From a virus (lineage: Duplodnaviria; Caudoviricetes): 64,000 nt of DNA. The stretch covers positions 10,092-74,091 of IMG/VR virus record IMGVR_UViG_2933206877_000003. One strand, written 5' to 3'. Positions 63,485 to 64,000 of this stretch are shown here, in pieces. Position 1 is the first letter of the stretch. Each line of letters starts with the position of its first letter. Both the position numbers and the translations under genes were made by a program. The notes beneath the pieces were generated by a model, which saw only the letters and a program-made list of their open reading frames with translations, had not been told where the DNA came from and ran no database searches.

Positions 63485-64000
63485 ATGGGAGCACCGGCGA
63501 CACCCCCACCGCCGGCGGAGGCGACGCTCATCCGCCTCGCGCGCGAGGCCTCTGGGCTGAGCCCCGAGACGGCGGCGGCACGCATGGAGGTCAAGTTCTC
63601 GGGCAGCCGATGGCGCCAGATCGAGAGGGGCTACCGGCGCGACTCTGACAGTCAGGTGACCGCGCCGCACGCCACCCTGGCTCACATGGCGTGGGTCGTG
63701 GGCATCGATTCCACCCGCCTTGCCGAGACGGGCCGGACCCAAGCCGCGGACATCCTGCGGGAGCTGGAGCGATCCAAGGCTCCTGCCCCCAGCCCGGCGC
63801 CAGAGGCCGGCCCCCTGGCGCAGTTGGAGGAGTGGCAGCAGAAAGTCATCCTGAACGCGCTCGACGAGCGGCCGCGGTCCGCCCAGGAGAAGGCGCTGCT
63901 CCTGCGGACCTTGGCGGCCCAGATCGAGGCGGAGGCCGCGCGGCAAGGGGCCACTGACGCCCCGCTCGCCCGGGAAACGCCAGGTCGTAGCACCTCGTAG
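63485..64000 (+). CDS. XRE-family immunity repressor
   Basis: IRLAREASGLS...WRQIERG; divergent from Cro. Confidence 0.8.
   Translation: MGAPATPPPPAEATLIRLAREASGLSPETAAARMEVKFSGSRWRQIERGYRRDSDSQVTAPHATLAHMAWVVGIDSTRLAETGRTQAADILRELERSKAPAPSPAPEAGPLAQLEEWQQKVILNALDERPRSAQEKALLLRTLAAQIEAEAARQGATDAPLARETPGRSTS

Larger units (their letters stand above)
1..64000. mobile_element. Temperate siphophage/prophage of a Streptomyces-like host (partial)
   Basis: Syntenic terminase-portal-protease-capsid-tail-tape measure block, RecT/YqaJ/RusA, WhiB, HU, divergent repressor/Cro; very high GC. Confidence 0.95.

Noticed and set aside
1-64000. Reverse transcriptase, DGR, transposase, integrase or endolysin genes
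   Set aside because: No recognisable motifs in this window

Overview
High-GC actinobacterial (Streptomyces-like) temperate siphophage or prophage, about 64 kb and nearly all on the minus strand. From the right end: immunity switch (XRE repressor/Cro), early genes (YqaJ exonuclease, RecT, RusA, replication initiator, DUF5131, vWA, HU, WhiB), a long accessory region, a moron zone at 21-27 kb, then HNH/terminase, HK97-type head, head-tail and tail genes, running off the left end. Lysis genes and integrase are not in the window. Standouts: (1) a separately promoted cassette with two tRNA genes whose anticodons (UAA, UAU) read very rare codons in high-GC actinomycetes, the UAA one on a short-variable-loop, non-leucine-type body; (2) RNA-end repair genes (Thg1-like, HAD phosphatases, RlaP-like NTase); (3) a stand-alone LAXTG sortase-signal mini-protein coupled to a hyaluronan-synthase/NodC-like glycosyltransferase; (4) four ~126-132 bp structured tandem repeats with covarying stems before the recombination genes; (5) methyltransferase, glycosyltransferase and collagen-SGNH esterase genes inside the head module. 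All calls are by-eye motif recognition; no searches were run.
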